64,000 nucleotides of DNA from Paraspadella gotoi (Eukaryota > Animalia > Chaetognatha). This document shows, one piece after another, positions 49,158 to 63,432 of this stretch (the stretch's first letter is position 1; each line of letters begins with the position of its first letter). The position numbers and the translations under genes were made by a program. Location: assembly GCA_051294375.1 (NCBI GenBank), contig CM119265.1, positions 19,705,642-19,769,641 of the forward strand, given 5' to 3'. The notes under the pieces are model-generated. The model saw nothing but the letters and a program-made list of their open reading frames with translations. It searched no databases and was not told where the DNA came from.

Positions 49158-50768
49158 TTCCTCTCACGCTGATAGCCATACCTGCGTAGGGTCTCATCGA
49201 CAGAAGGAAAACAAATGTTCTTGACGTCACGTATAACGGAGGGAGAGTATATGGGCGAGAGAGCGGAGAGAGGAGAGAGTGGAGAAGAGAGGTGTGGGTG
49301 GACAGGTTAGACGAGGACTCCGGGGGACGTGTCGCAGAACCCGAAAGATGTTCCTGCTATCGACAGAAAGGTATCACTCGAGTAGCTATGTACGGCCACG
49401 GCAGCGCCGATGGTGACTAGAACACCAGAGAACGAGAGAGAGGTCGGGAGAAGAGAGGAAGAGAGATAGAGAGATGAAGAGAGCATGCAACGAGGAAGAG
49501 GAAGAAGGGCGAAGCGACGAGCGCATAGACGGGAGAAGGAAGAGAAGAAGAGTGGAGCGAGAGTAGAGAGAGAGAAGACGGTCCTGCGCATGATGGAAAG
49601 TAAGTCTTAATGCCGAGAGAGAGACTAGAACACGGTCCACCAGAACTAGAGATAGCAGCACCGGCTGCAACTGTGAGCAAAAATAAAAGAGCAGAAAGAA
49701 GGAGAGATGAGAGAAGAGAGAGGGGACGAGAGAGAGAGAAGACTGGGAGGACGAAGACGGAGAGAGAGGAGAAGGAGAGAGAGTCACGAGAGAGAGAGAT
49801 AGAGAGAGAGAGAGATGCAGAGAGAATAGAACAGCGAAGCGATTAGCAAAGCGATAATACAATGCTTATCGAGCCAACGCTTGTTAAGAGCGGTTGAGAA
49901 TTCTTGGAAAATTGTTGTTCCTAAACCATTTGGTAAATTTAGTTCGTAAATTTAAAGTAAAATATCATATTTTTTTTTAATCATTGACAACATACCTTAC
50001 CTTAGTTTTCTGTCCAATGTCACCCTTTTCCCCCCCCCCAGAAGTTTCATTCCAACCCCCGGCCTCTTTCCTTCCTCCCCCTTTCAACCCAAAAATTCTC
50101 CCGGGGGGCGCGGTCTCGAACCGGAGGCGCGTAAACTTCTAGCGGAAAAAAAAATATAATAATTCATGCGATATTTTTGTGCGAAAGAAGCATAAAAATC
50201 GCGCCAATAAAAAAAGAAAAGAAAAAAGAAGAAGATTCTCGACGACTCGGGCGACAGAGGGCGAATGTGTAGAAGCGTCACAGGCAATTTAGTCGTCGGA
50301 AAACTAAATAAACATACGCGATTGTATCGATACAGTTGATACCCGTTAAAAGCTTCATTCTCCGCCGGACCTTTTCACCCCGAAACAATTTTATCCAGAA
50401 GTCAGGAAAAAAAATACAGTTTCTGTTGTCGATGACTATCTCTCTTTCTCTCTCTCTCTCTTCTGATTACGTCTTTCGTCTGGCTCGGATCCATTACTTA
50501 CTCTCTCTCTCTCTCTCTCTCGTGTCTCTCTCTCTTCTCTCTCTCTCATCGTCCCCCCCATTCTCCCCAGTAAAAGGATAGATTTTTTCTCTCGCCCCCT
50601 TTTCTTTCTTTTGACTTTTATCTTCTTTTTTTTTTTCGATTCGCGTCGGATCGAGTCGTTGATGAAGACGATTTCACCGGTGATTCATTCGTTCATCTGT
50701 GATTGATGGGTGGTTGATGGGTGATTGATTAACGAATCCTCGTTGATTCATAGGGCGAGCATCTTCGC

Positions 50769-50771
<3 letters not shown>

Positions 50772-50852
<81 letters not shown>

Positions 50853-52272
50853 AAGAGAGAGAGAATATAGAACGGAAGTTTTTCAAATAATTTTCCCTCT
50901 TAAAAAACTTCCTTCCTCATCGCGTCTTCGATTGACTAACAACTCCCCCCCGCCCCCCTCATCCTCTACTAATAAATTTTGATTTTCAAATCTTCAAAGC
51001 GAATGAGTCAAAAGTCTTTATTGAACTACTGAGGCGATGGGCGAATGTATTTTGAAGAAGTGGCAAGATTGCAAAGGCGAAGATGGCAGACTTAAAAGAG
51101 AAAACTATTAATGGCAAAGATGGCAGGTATTGCCCGAGGACACAATTTTTTGACACGTACAGCAAAAAATGCTACGCCTACATCGATTATTAAAGCAAAA
51201 GCATACTTAGCGAGATTGCAATGAAATAAAAATAAGTAAAGATGACAGAAATTGCATCCATAATAGATATGGCAGATACGACAGAGATGGAAATCACCAA
51301 GTCGCCAAAGACGTAAAACATTCACTTCCGAAAACCTCCTCGATAGAAATGCAAAAAGAAAAAAAAAAAAAAAAACTCTTCACCTAAAAACGACTTCCTC
51401 TCCAAATTGTTTTCTTCTTCTAATATTTACGATTTTCCTTCGCAAAATAAGAGCGATCCCTATTCTAAAAACGCGACGCAACCTCCGCCCCCCCCACCAG
51501 ACTGGATTGACGAAGCGAAATAAAACCGTTCGAGGTTAAATAAGACGAGGGATATAAAAAGGTCGACCGTTTATTAAACGATTTCGAGTTGAGGTTCTAG
51601 TCTTTTTTTTTGTGGCCTCCGAAAGAAGCAACTCGGGTCAAAGGTAACAACTCCAATCGCTTTTCTCAGATGAGTTCCCACAGGACAATCGCCCGGACTA
51701 AACCCCCACCCCCAATTTTCGTTACCTTTTCTACCCCCCCCCCTCTCCACCCCATATCATCAAACCATCTACTTCTTTCCCCAATATCTTTTATTTTTTT
51801 TCCTCCTCTTATTTTAGTTTTGTTAAATGATACAGCCATCATTTTGCTAAACTTTAAAATTAAAATTAGGTCGGGGGTTTGGATAGGGGTTTTGGGTAGG
51901 AATCAGGTTTAGGGATTAAGTTATGGAATTAGTTACAGATTTGGTTAATGATTACGGTTAGGATAAAGGTATAAGGGATAACAGAAATTGAACGGTTTCG
52001 AAAAAATAGCGCCAATGTTTCTTTCCTTTTTTTCTGTTTTTTTCTTCTTTCTTCTCGATTTGATTTCGCGTCCCGATTTTTTTCCCCTCCTTCTCTTTGG
52101 CCAACGTAAGCCTTGGGCGTTTATTCAATTAAACCCCCTTCCTCTTTTTTTCCCCTTTTTTTTTACCTTCTTTTTTTCTTACTATCTCTCAAATCTTTTT
52201 TTTTTTTTTGCTGGGAATTTCTTTTTTTATCTTCTTCTCTTTTTTTTNNNNNNNNNNNNNNNNNNNNNNNNN

Positions 52273-52311
<39 letters not shown>

Positions 52312-53660
52312 AGAAGAGAATATAGAACGGAAGTTTTTCAAATAATTTTCCCTCTTAAAAAACTTCCTTCCTCATCGCGTCTTCGAATGACTAACAATCC
52401 CCCCCCCCGCCCCCTCATCCTCTTACCAATAAATTTTATTTTCAAATCTTCAAAGCGAATGAGTCAAAAGTCTTTATTGAACTACTGAGGGCGATGGGCG
52501 AATGTATTTGAAGAAGTGGCAGAGATTGCAAAGGCGAAGATGGCAGACTTAAAAAGAAAACTATTAATGGCAAAGATGGCAGGTATTGCACCGAGGACAC
52601 AATTTGACACGTACAGCAAAAAATGCTAGCCTACATCGATATTAAAGCAAAAGCATACTTAGCGAGATTGCAGAGAATAAAAATAAAGTAAAGATGAAGA
52701 AATTGCTCATAATAGATATGGCAGATACGACAGAGATGGAAATCAAAAGTCGCCAAGACGTAAACATTACTTCCGAAAACCTCCTTCGATAGGAAATGCA
52801 AAAAAAAACAAAAAAAACTTCACCTAAAAACGACTCCTCTCCAAATGTTTTTTTCTTCTAATATTTACGATTTTCCCTCGCAAAAATAAGAGCGATCCCT
52901 ATTTCCAAACCGACGCAACTCCGCCCCCCCACCAGACTGGATTGACGAAGCGAAATAAAAGCGTTCGAGGTTTAAATAAGACAGAGGATAAAAAGGTCGA
53001 CCGTTTATTAAAACGATTTCGAGTTGAGGTTCTAGTCTTTTTTTTTGTGGCCTCCGAAAGAAGCACTCGGGTCAAGAGGAACAACTCCAATCGCTTTTCT
53101 CAGATGGAGTTCCCACAGGACAATCGCCGGACTAAAACCCCCACCCCTCATTTTCTACTGTTCTTACCCCTTCCCCCCTCTCACCCCATAATCCATAACC
53201 CATCTACTTCTTCTTCCCCAATATCTTTATTTTTTTCCCTCTTATTTTAGTTTAGTTTAAGATACAAGCATTCCTATGATTTTGCAAATAAATTAAAATT
53301 AAAATTAGGTCGGGGGTTTGGATAGGGGTTTGGGTAGGAACTGGTTAGGGATTAAGTTATGGAATTAGTTACAGATTTGGTTAATGATTACTGTAGGATA
53401 AAGGTATAAGGGATAACAGAAATTGAACGGTTTTGAAAAATAGCGCCAATGTTTCTTTCCTTTTTTTTTTTTTTTCTTCTTCTTCTCGATTTGATTTTCG
53501 CGTCCGATTTTTTCCTCCCTCTTCTCTTTGGCAACGTAAGCCTTGGGCTTTATTCATTAAACCCCCTTCCTCTTTTTTTCCCCTTTTTTTTTTACCTTCC
53601 TTTTTTCTTACTATCTCTCAAATCTTTTTTTTGGCTGGAAATTATGTTTTTTCATCCTCT
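50772..53660 (+). repeat. Tandem duplicate (50772-52247 vs 52273-~53660) across a 25-N gap; probable assembly artefact
   Basis: Copies are collinear and differ mostly by 1-bp indels; separated by exactly 25 N (52248-52272). Confidence 0.9.
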
Positions 53661-55542
53661 TTTCCCCTTTTTTTCTTCTCCTTTCTTTCCCTTCTTTTTG
53701 TCTCCGTCTCCTTTCTTCTCTTCCTTAGAAAACCTCGGAAATTTATCGCCGCGACTAGAAATCAAGACCAGAGATCCGCGGTCGCCTTCTTCCTTCCCTC
53801 CTCCTCCTTCTTCCCCTTCCCCTCTTCCTTCCCCTCCTCCTTCTCCTCCTTTTTTCCCCACTTCTTTCCCCTCCCCACTACGCCCCAATCGAGGCAAAAA
53901 GAAATTCTCCCATCGTTCCCACGCTTTCTCTTCGTCTTCGGTAGCACAATCTCAAATCTCAAATCTAAACTTTTCTCAATAAACAAGTTTCATTTTATAT
54001 ATAACGTAAGCTGTAGCTATAGGGTTCTCTTAAGTTCCGCAGAGTTCCATCTAAATTTTCACGATCTTGTGAATCATATAGAAGCACTTACCGAAGGGGG
54101 AAGCCTCTCCTTCCCCAACTTTGACAACCTCGTCGGCTTTTTGATTTCCTTATTTCTGCCACCCCCAACCGTCACCGGCAAACTTCACCCCCCACCCCAT
54201 CCAGTCCCCTTCCCCCCCCCAAAAAAAAAGGGGGAATCCTTCTCGTTCGGCAAAAAATCTGTCATTTATCCGTTCATTCGCTTCTTCCTTTCCCCATTCA
54301 TCTCTCTATTCATTCCTCCGGCGATGAGATCCAACTTTCTTTCCGTCAATTCGAGGGGAAAATGACTCCCTTTTTTCTCATTTTTTAAGGGGACTCATTC
54401 TCTTTTTCTCTCTCTCTCTCTCGCTCTCAATCAATCTTTCTCCCCTTTTTTAAGCTTAATTTAAAAGGGAGGTTCATTTTCTTCTCCTTTTTTTATCCGC
54501 CCCCCCCCCCACACGCCCAGTTTTATTTTCAAGATTTCTGACGACGACGAAGACGACGACGACGACGATGACGATGACGAAGAAAGAAAAATTCCTTCGA
54601 TTTTTGATGAATCATCTTTTGAATTTTTTTTCCCTTTTTAATTCCGATTGTAGTTCTGCTCTTGAGATGAAAGAAGCTGCGCTAGTATTTTTTTTTCTGT
54701 CTCTCTATTGGCGGAAGAACGAGTATATTACAAGGATAAATATTAGGATAACTATCAGACCGCTTTTGTTCTGCGCCGAGGAGGATGAGGAGGATGAGGA
54801 GGTATTTATTGAATTTCGAAATTGGGAAACATAATAAAGGAACGAAGCTTATATTATTTTTCAAACAATAGATCCTATTCATATTTATCTGAACATATCA
54901 CTTCAAACTTTCGGCTCATTGCCGATGACGTCATTTAGAGTTTCGAGACGATCGAATGTCATAAATGACGTCCCTTTGTTTTTTCGAAAATTTTTTTGTG
55001 GGAATGAAACAAATAAACTGACTTTAATTAGAAGAGAGAGAGAGTGAGGGACCAATTCTCATTTTTAAACTTTGACTCATTTCTTTTCGCATTAGATGAT
55101 GATGTGAGAGATAATGTGAGGGATGCATTGTGAGGTGTTCGTTCACTCGACCGAGATGCAATCTTTGTTTACATTTTGAAATTTCTGTTTGAAAGATTCG
55201 CGGTAAAAGTATTTATGGTTTGGGAAATCTCTAATCAATGATTGGCAACTTTACCGGTTATCTAATTCTAGGAAATTCGAATGGAATTTTATTCGCGCCT
55301 TGTGTTTCCGTTTGTGTCCGTGTTTGCGATTCAGAGACTTTTTACTCTTGTTACTTTTAATAGGATCGTTAATGTATTTTGTAACGTTGTTAATGATTGT
55401 TATTTGAAATCGTTCAACAATTAATTTTTTTTGGCTTTTAAATTATTTTAAAATGATTTTAAATTGCATTATTGTTATTTGTGGAAACCTAGAATAATAA
55501 CTTTTTTCACAACTCACCCTTTGTCTTTCCTTCCCTCCGCAG

Positions 55543-55699
55543 CCAAGAGGGTGAGACGGCCACCAAGAACAAACCCAAACGTCTGACGACGATCAAGGCG
55601 ATCTCCAGCGACCCCACCAAAGGTCAGGTCATCTACGGACTCAAGTCCGCCAACCTTACCCAATTCTTCGAGATCGACGCCAGCACGGGAGTCTTGCAG
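55543..55699 (+). CDS. Cadherin exon A (extracellular cadherin repeat)
   Basis: Pyrimidine tract plus CAG acceptor (AG 55541-55542) and donor GTAAGT at 55700. 1 nt + 52 codons: QEGETATKNKPKRLTTIKAISSDPTKGQVIYGLKSANLTQFFEIDASTGVLQ. Strong GC3 bias. Confidence 0.92.
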
Positions 55700-55981
55700 G
55701 TAAGTTTGGAGAAAAGCATCTTTAGGGCCCCGTTAAGGCTCCTTTAAGGCCCCTTAAAGGTCTTTATGGAGATTATCTTAAACATGAAAAATAGGGAGAA
55801 AAAGGTACAACCAATATAAAAAAAAGTTTATACATTCAATAAAGATTAAGCATGCTGACTCGTAATACTATTAGGTTATGTTACATTAAAATTAAATTTC
55901 CATTATACATTTTTTAATTTAAAAATATATTCTTTAAGCACCCTTCCGCTTTCTCCCTTCCCTCCAAATCCGAATTTGCAG

Positions 55982-56071
55982 GTGATCAGCCCCTTGGACC
56001 GAGACCCGCCGCGCGGACGGGAACTCTGGAACGTAACCGTCACCGCGACGCAAGGGAGCGTCACTGACGAG
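55982..56071 (+). CDS. Cadherin exon B
   Basis: TTTGCAG acceptor and GTGAAC donor; 30 codons in phase 0: VISPLDRDPPRGRELWNVTVTATQGSVTDE. Confidence 0.9.
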
Positions 56072-56204
56072 GTGAACTAGAGTCACATAGTGTCTTGTCA
56101 TGTCACGTCGTTATTCACGTGGTAAAGTTATCTTCTGTTCGTTTTCTTCTTTTACCGATCATCAAAGATTCATCATTTACTTCACCCCCTCGACACTTCT
56201 CCAG

Positions 56205-56352
56205 GTGATGGTCCAGATTATCCTGGAGGACATCAACGACAACGCTCCCGTCTTCTCTCACCCCAATTTCGTGATGAACGTCATGGAATCCGTCGGCATC
56301 TCCACCAACATAGGGGACATCAAAGTCACCGACGCCGACAAGGGCGTCAATG
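56205..56352 (+). CDS. Cadherin exon C
   Basis: CTTCTCCAG acceptor and GTGAGC donor. VMVQIILEDINDNAPVFSHPNFVMNVMESVGISTNIGDIKVTDADKGVN-G, with canonical DINDNAP and DxD motifs, in frame with exons A and B. Confidence 0.95.
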
Positions 56353-56966
56353 GTGAGCAGCTTGAGGGGATGACAAAACAATTGACGAAAGACATAAAAC
56401 AAAAGACATGAACATTGAACAATTCTATTGGGCAAACATGACACAAACAAATTTAACATTATATGCCGAGGCAAACTTCGAAGAATCTAAAATCGATAGA
56501 AACAAATGGATAAGGAGACAAGAGGACAAAACTGACCAACAGCAACAATCGATACGACGTCGACCTAAAACGCAACGGTGTTAGGAAAAATAGTCCGCCG
56601 TAGCAGTAGCCGCGCCCGCTGCCGACGCAGCCGCTGCAGCCGCTTCTTTGTCCCGCAATTAGAATCCCCTTTCTTTCCTCGGCAACGAATTTTTCGTGAA
56701 AAGCGAAATTCGCTCGGGGACTCGAACCCGCGATCGTTCGATCCGTCGCCGCCGCCATCGATTTTTGCGGACGTCGCCTTGAGAGATGGCGCGCGAGCGG
56801 GCCACGTCAGCGTCGTTAACGTCTCGGGGTCATTAGGCGTCGTTGTACCATCGGGGGCATTTAGTGGCATTGTGCCGTTTAGTGGCATTGTGACTTCGGG
56901 CAGAAAATTTACGGCCAAACTTCGACGCTTTTGTCCGCGAGAATCTCATCATTTCGTTTTCGAACA

Positions 56967-57063
<97 letters not shown>

Positions 57064-58803
57064 CTCTCTCTCTTCTTTCTCTGTTCCAGACAAAAACCAT
57101 GTAATCACACGCCGATGCAAGCGATACATACGTATACATGTATTGTAAAATAATAATAAAAATAAGCCCATTTAACAAACGAATCAACTACGACGTCTGC
57201 AGACTCTGCAGTCTTTTCTCTTCGATGCGCTTAACACCTTCTCGTTTCGCGCGTACGTTAGGCGCGTATTCTGAGGGCGTGGCGCGTAGAAAACGCGGCG
57301 CCGCCGTACTGAGGCGGAGGGGGGGGGGTGGGAAGACGACCGCGACGTCGAGTGAAAGATAATGGGTCCGTTTAAGTCTGCGCGACTAAAATACCCGCGA
57401 GGAAGAAAAGAGAGAAGTTAGGGAGAAGAGAAAAAGGTAGAGTGAGAAGAAAGGGGTAAGTTGAAATACTGTTGCGGCTTCCAATCTCCTTCATCTCGAC
57501 TTCACAAAAATATTGTTCACTTTATAAAACAAAAAGATTAAACTAAAAATAGGTGAATTAACAGTCTCATAAATAAGTGACTTAAATAAGACATATAATT
57601 TAAAATTGACGTAAATTACATAATTTGGATAAATAACTCAAAATGAAGTACTTTATATTAAATGATGTTATAATGACATAAATAACGTAAAATTTTGTTA
57701 AAGTTAGATGTAAAGGTTAAAGTTAGTGTTAAGGTTAATGTTAGTGTTCAAGTTTATGTTAGTTCTACCCAACATCCCTTCAACTAAAACAGTTTTCTCG
57801 AAATATTTTAATGTACAATTAACATTTGCCACCCAATATTCTTTATCTAATTCTTTTCTTAATGAAATAAGAAACATTCCCCAAAATCTCTCTACTGCTG
57901 TTTCAACCCTTGTAATCTCATTACTATTGTAGAGAAACTTGGCTCTCTCGCGTCGCAGGGTAGGAATGGCTCGTCGTGAGGGAGGCTCAACTGCATCTGA
58001 CAAGACTCCCGAACGTCATATTGTACTAATTTCATATAACTGGAGATCTCGAGAGAATAGCTCAAAAGCCAACCAAATAATAAAAAGGTCGAATCGTAAC
58101 CAAATATATTTTATTAAATTAGGTAATCGTAATATAATATTTGAAAATTTTGTGTTAATTTCCTTTCGTTTCGTTGTTTTTGCAGATTTAGAGAAAAACA
58201 AAGTTTATTTGTTTATTTGAAAAAAAAACCGAATGTGAAAATCCAAATCAATAAAAAAAAAAGAGGTAAAAAAATGAAGAAACTTAGGAAAAGCTACGTG
58301 AACTGCGTGAACTGCAAAATGCAAATTAGATTAATGCACATCAACATTATTCGGTTCACAGCGATTACTCGTAACCTTAAAATTCACTTCTCACGCTTGA
58401 TCAAATCAGCTTCAATTGTCACCACTCTTTCCCTCGCCACATCTCGTCACCCCTCGACGCCAGGGAACTCGATAAGACCCCATTAAATTCACCTTTCTCC
58501 ACCCCCTTTCGCCCTTTCGCCCACCTCCCTAATCTTCTTTCGGTTCGAATCCATTTCTCGCGAATATTTACCCCGAAATTCTATTTTTATCCATCGTCGT
58601 CGTCGTCGTTTTTCTCCTCGACATCGTCGTCTCGACGTTTACGCGGTCGATCTCGTCGTCGTCGTCCAAGTCGTCACAGAGTTGTCTACTAGAGTGGAGC
58701 ACTCAAGAACAAAAAAATTATTTGAATGATCGAACAATGATATTTAGATGTGAGATAGTATGATTAACTAGTACAAAAAATATTTTGTTCATATTATCTC
58801 GGG

Positions 58804-59213
58804 AACAGAATAGTAAAATATAATGTATTTGTAGTAATATCCTTATAAAATAGTAAATTTTAAAAATATTTTTTCTAAAACTTTTAATAAAGATTCAGAT
58901 TCTTCCTAAAAAGTTGAATCAAAAATATAAAACATGTTATCAAAAATTCTGTCATCTTCAATGTTTAAAATAAGAAAAAAGGTGAAAATTCCTGACTTTT
59001 TTATTCTCTGTAGTAAAAACTTATATATGTTAAAATGTTTTAGTCATTTTTTGTGATCTAAACATTAAAATATCATATAACATATTTTATAAAAATTTCT
59101 TAGTTTTTTACAGCGAATCCAAATCAGTTCTTAAAAATAAAAAAAAATTATTTTGAAATTTGACGATTTTATAAGGATATTACTACATAAATAATTGAAT
59201 TTGCTATACTGTT
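58804..59213. mobile_element. AT-rich MITE/foldback-like inverted repeat (~180-bp arms)
   Basis: TGTAGTAATATCCTTATAAAAT (58830-58851) pairs perfectly with ATTTTATAAGGATATTACTACA (59166-59187). Weaker pairing extends over ~58804-58985 vs ~59040-59213. Confidence 0.65.
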
Positions 59214-59452
59214 ATGCTAAAAAAAATTTTAAAAGGATTTAAAATTCATTAATTATATATCCATAGGCAGCAAAAAAATAATGTTCAATCACTCAATCTT
59301 TTCATCACTCCACCCTATTGTCTACTTCGTCGCTATTTTATCTTTTTTTTATTATTCGTCTTTGTCATCGGCGCCGCTGGGTGTTTACCGTCGCGGAAGA
59401 TGTCGTCGCTGTAGTAGGTTTCTACATTGTCTGCCATCAGTTATTGCCGTTC

Positions 59453-59687
59453 TATGGCAATGGCCGGGTTGCCTGTGATGCCCATTGGGATGGGGCATCT
59501 CACTGTTGGCTTTGGGGGCTTCCGACCCTCAGTGACGCATCCAGTCACTGGCGCGGTTACCCTAGAACAGTCTCGCTTTGCCAACGTTAGGACTGTGGAT
59601 GGAATACAACGCCTTGGATGGTGTGTTCCCCAATGGTATTGGCTGAACGATGGTGGATGTGAGGCGGTGTGAATATATACCGCCACA
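59453..59687 (-). mobile_element. Solo LTR, same family as 5105-5359
   Basis: Same termini (TATGGCAA...ACCGCCACA on +). Flanks GTTC / ATTC form a 4-bp TSD with one mismatch. Has two short deletions relative to the 5105 copy. Confidence 0.75.
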
Positions 59688-60015
59688 ATTCGTCTTCATC
59701 CACCTGGTTGATGATTTGAGTTGACGAATTTTTTATTTCGTTCATCGTTTTTGATCTTGAGTTTGAAAAAGGCGCAAATACGTAAGATGTTGCGTTCTTT
59801 CTCACGGTTTTAATCAATTAGATATTATTTATTAAGTGTCGATAATGAATCGAGTTGTTACATTGAATCTATAAATCGAGAAGGAACTAAAAAGAGTTTC
59901 ATGGAAAAAAGGACAGCAGCAACAATCTCATGGGCTTTTGAAGTGACTCCCTATCGACTTTCTCTCTTGTAATCCTCAGATTTCCCGGGTTCTCTCTCTC
60001 TCTCTCTCTCTCTCT

Positions 60016-60089
<74 letters not shown>

Positions 60090-60958
60090 CTCTCTCCTCT
60101 CTCTTCTCTCTCTCTCTTCCGTCTCTCTATGTGGTTTGTCTCCTGCGCTTTCTTTCACCGTATATATATTTCAATTTAGTGACACAACTGAAGTAGTTGT
60201 TTAAAAGCGAAATTTATACAAAACTAAAATGAAAAAAGCGAAAAATACGAAGAGAAAAGATGAAAAGAGTAAATAAGACGAAAAAGAAAGATCAAAAAAC
60301 AAACAGAAACGGCGCAAAGAGTAAATAGGAATAAAAAGCATAAAAATAAAAAAGGAAGAAAAAATCAGCAGTAGGACAAAAAAAAAAAGAAATTCAAAAG
60401 TGGAGAAAAATTGAAGGAAAGACAAAAAAAGAAAATAAAATCGCGGAAAGAAATTGGCGAAGCAATTTTCTCCTTTTCTCCTATTCTCCTTTTTTTTCTT
60501 TCCTTCTTTGTTTCTTTCCTTCTTTTTTCTTCTCCAACGGATTGAACCAAAACAGAGGCGGAGGCAGAATGTTGCGTGATAAGTTTTTGATGCCATCTGG
60601 TTTGAAAGGCTAAAATTAATGAGAGGGAAAGAGAAAAAAATTCCCTCTTCAAATTCTTTCTCTCTCTCTCTATCTCTCATTTTCTCTCGCTCTACTTCAG
60701 TGCAATTGTCTTTTGACCTTGCCATTTCTAATGATTAACAAATAAGGAATTGTCGAAGTGAAACTAATAAATTACCGCCGAATTTATATTTTTTAACATG
60801 TTGTAGTCCAATTAATTTGTGAAACTTTGCGTGGGAAGTTGTTTATTATCGAGAATAAAATACATACATATTGGCAAAGCTATTTGATAATTACACGCAC
60901 CTCTTCCCTCTTTTTCCCTTTCGATGTTACATTTTAATCCTTTCGCGGAAGACATTTA

Positions 60959-61083
<125 letters not shown>

Positions 61084-63432
61084 CCAAGGGAGATGGATCT
61101 AATGGAAAAAACCTTGGCGAATGGAATGGGCGGAAATGGCAGAGACAAAAAGTAGCCATTTCTCAATGACTTCGCCTTCGTAGCTCAGCCGCGGTTTAAG
61201 TGCAACCGGATCCCTTTTCCGGCACATATGGTCCGACTTGTCTTTCGGCTCTTTCTCTCTTTATTTCGGCTCTGTTTTGGGAGCTCTTTCTGTTTTCTGG
61301 CTCTGTTTTGCGAGGGTCTTTCTATTTTTGACTGGTTTTTTTTAGCTGATTTTTTTTGGGGGGGACTGTGTTGTCCTTCTGTTTTTGCCTGAAGCTTAAG
61401 ATTAAATTTTTATGTTAGTAATAGTATTGATGTATTATAGTTTTTTTAAATTTTTAACATCCTAATGAAGCAATTTTTAAAAATGTTTTATAGTTTCATT
61501 TATCAACTTTTGACGAGAAATTCAAATCGGCCATCAAAATTAAGAAAAGCCTATTTTAAAATTTTAATATTTTATAAGGATATTAAAATTAAAAGACATA
61601 AAATTATTTTTTTTTCTAAATTAATGTTCACTGGNNNNNNNNNNTTCATAATTGACTTTTAAAAATTTAATACGTCACTTTCACTACGATCTCTTTTACA
61701 TCTCTTTCGTCATCGAGTTTCTTAATCTTTTTAATTATTTTCATAATTTATCTTTTCATAATTTTTTTGTTTTAAAAACATTACGTTTTCCGTCTTTAAT
61801 TGTTCTTGTTCCGTATTTTTTTTAAAATTTCATTGTCAATAAAAAAATGTTTAAATCTTTCTATTTAGTTCCTTTTTTGTTTCTGTCTCGACTGGTTTTT
61901 GTTCTTCTCTCGCTTCTGTCCCCCTCTCAGTTTTTGCGACCCATTTTGGCCAATGAAAGTCGCTGAGTGGAAAAGGATTTTTGTCGTTCGACGCGAAACC
62001 AGCGAAGAAGGAAAGGGAGGAAGAGGAAGGAAAGGGAGGAAGAGGAAGGAAAGGGAGGAGAGGAAAGAAAGGGAGGAAGAGGAAGGAAAGGAAGGAGAGG
62101 AAGGAAAGTGAGGAAGAAAATGGGGATGAATCATGAAGAGGTAATAGTGAGAAATATGTGTCGAAAAGAAAGAAAATAGAAAAAATCTACATAATATTAT
62201 TAAATATAAAGTAAGAAGTCAAGAATTTAAATACAAATTCCGTAAAAAGGCGAAAAAAAACTAATAAATTAAAATTGTTTTTCTATTGCAATATCAAATA
62301 AAATACAATATATATAAATTTTCATATAAAAATCTTCAGAAGGAAAGGGAACCGATATGAAATACATAAACATAAGATGGCGGAAACGAAAACGAAAAAA
62401 AATAAATAAATAAACGAGAAAATAAGCGGAAAATAGAAATAGTGGAAAACCAATGATGGAAGGAAAGGGAAAGGAAAAGAAGGAAAAGAAAAGCAAAAAA
62501 AGGGGAAATAAAGGAAAAAATGAGGAAATATCGGCGACATCAGAGGAAAGTCACAAATTTCCTCGGCACGATTCGATCGGAACTTGGACGGGAGTTGGGT
62601 GAAAGTTGGGTGAGTAAGTTAGGTACTGGGTGTGTGGTTGCTGGGTGATGAGGGGAGAACGGAATCAACGGCAGTTGACGGGGACTAGGTCTGGCAGGTG
62701 GAGGTGTTCTATCGTCCTGCAGATCTTTCAGGTTGGTTACATTGAGGTAAAGTTTGGTTAAACGGTGATTAAAATAGGAGAGATTGATAACGCTCCTTCG
62801 AAGAGCTTTGACAGATAACGGGGTTGGAGCGATTGTTCTAAGGTGTGACAAAGGTGGAAAGGACAAGTTAGCAAAAGCGCAAAGTTGGCATAAAGAGGAC
62901 AACGACGACGACGAAGCCCGGCTCCGACTTTGCTCGTTCGTCCGACCAAAGAAAAAGACATTTCTGTCGCTCACTCTCTCTTTTCTCTCTCTCTCTCTCT
63001 CTCTCTAAAAAAAAAATAGGGAGAGATAAATGTTTGACACTCGTCGGTTTGCGTCCGAAACCTCTCACGCGAACGAGCGATATCATTTCTCAAAATCTCG
63101 TTTGACCTTTCTTCACTGTTCCGGAACGCTCGCTCGCTCTCCCTCTTTTCTTTCTATTTTTCCGGCACAGACCGTGGTGGTCTGTGTCCTGTCTGACTCC
63201 TTCATCTCGCTCTCCCCTCTTCTCACTTCGTCTCCCTCTCATCTCTTCCGTCGTCTCTCTCTCTCTCTTGCTCTCTCTCTCTCTCTCATCTCTCTCTCTC
63301 CTAACTCCTTCCTCCTCTCTCTCTCTCACCTCCTCTCTCCTTCAAAGGCGGGAACCGAAAGACGTGAAGTGAGAAAAGAGAAAATCCTTTTGCCTTTCGA
63401 TCCATTTGGTTGACGACGTTTTTTGGACTCTC

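Noticed and set aside
49305-49440. DEDSGGRV...F-x-IDRKG-like cadherin fragment
   Set aside because: It needs several frameshifts, the spacing is too short, and it sits in noisy AG-rich sequence; not supportable without polishing.
50772-53660. 1.4-kb tandem duplication as a biological event
   Set aside because: The copies flank an exactly 25-N gap and differ by homopolymer-type indels. The same pattern at 6454-6478 points to overfilled long-read gap closing.
57704-58003. 99-aa minus-strand ORF with complex sequence
   Set aside because: It has a non-ATG start, no recognisable motif, and ends in a hexamer repeat (NINLNT); it may be TE-derived but cannot be assigned.
62732-62746. AG/GT-bounded 15-nt microexon candidate for the cadherin
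   Set aside because: In the phase required after exon C (phase 1) it contains a TGA stop, and the pyrimidine tract is weak.
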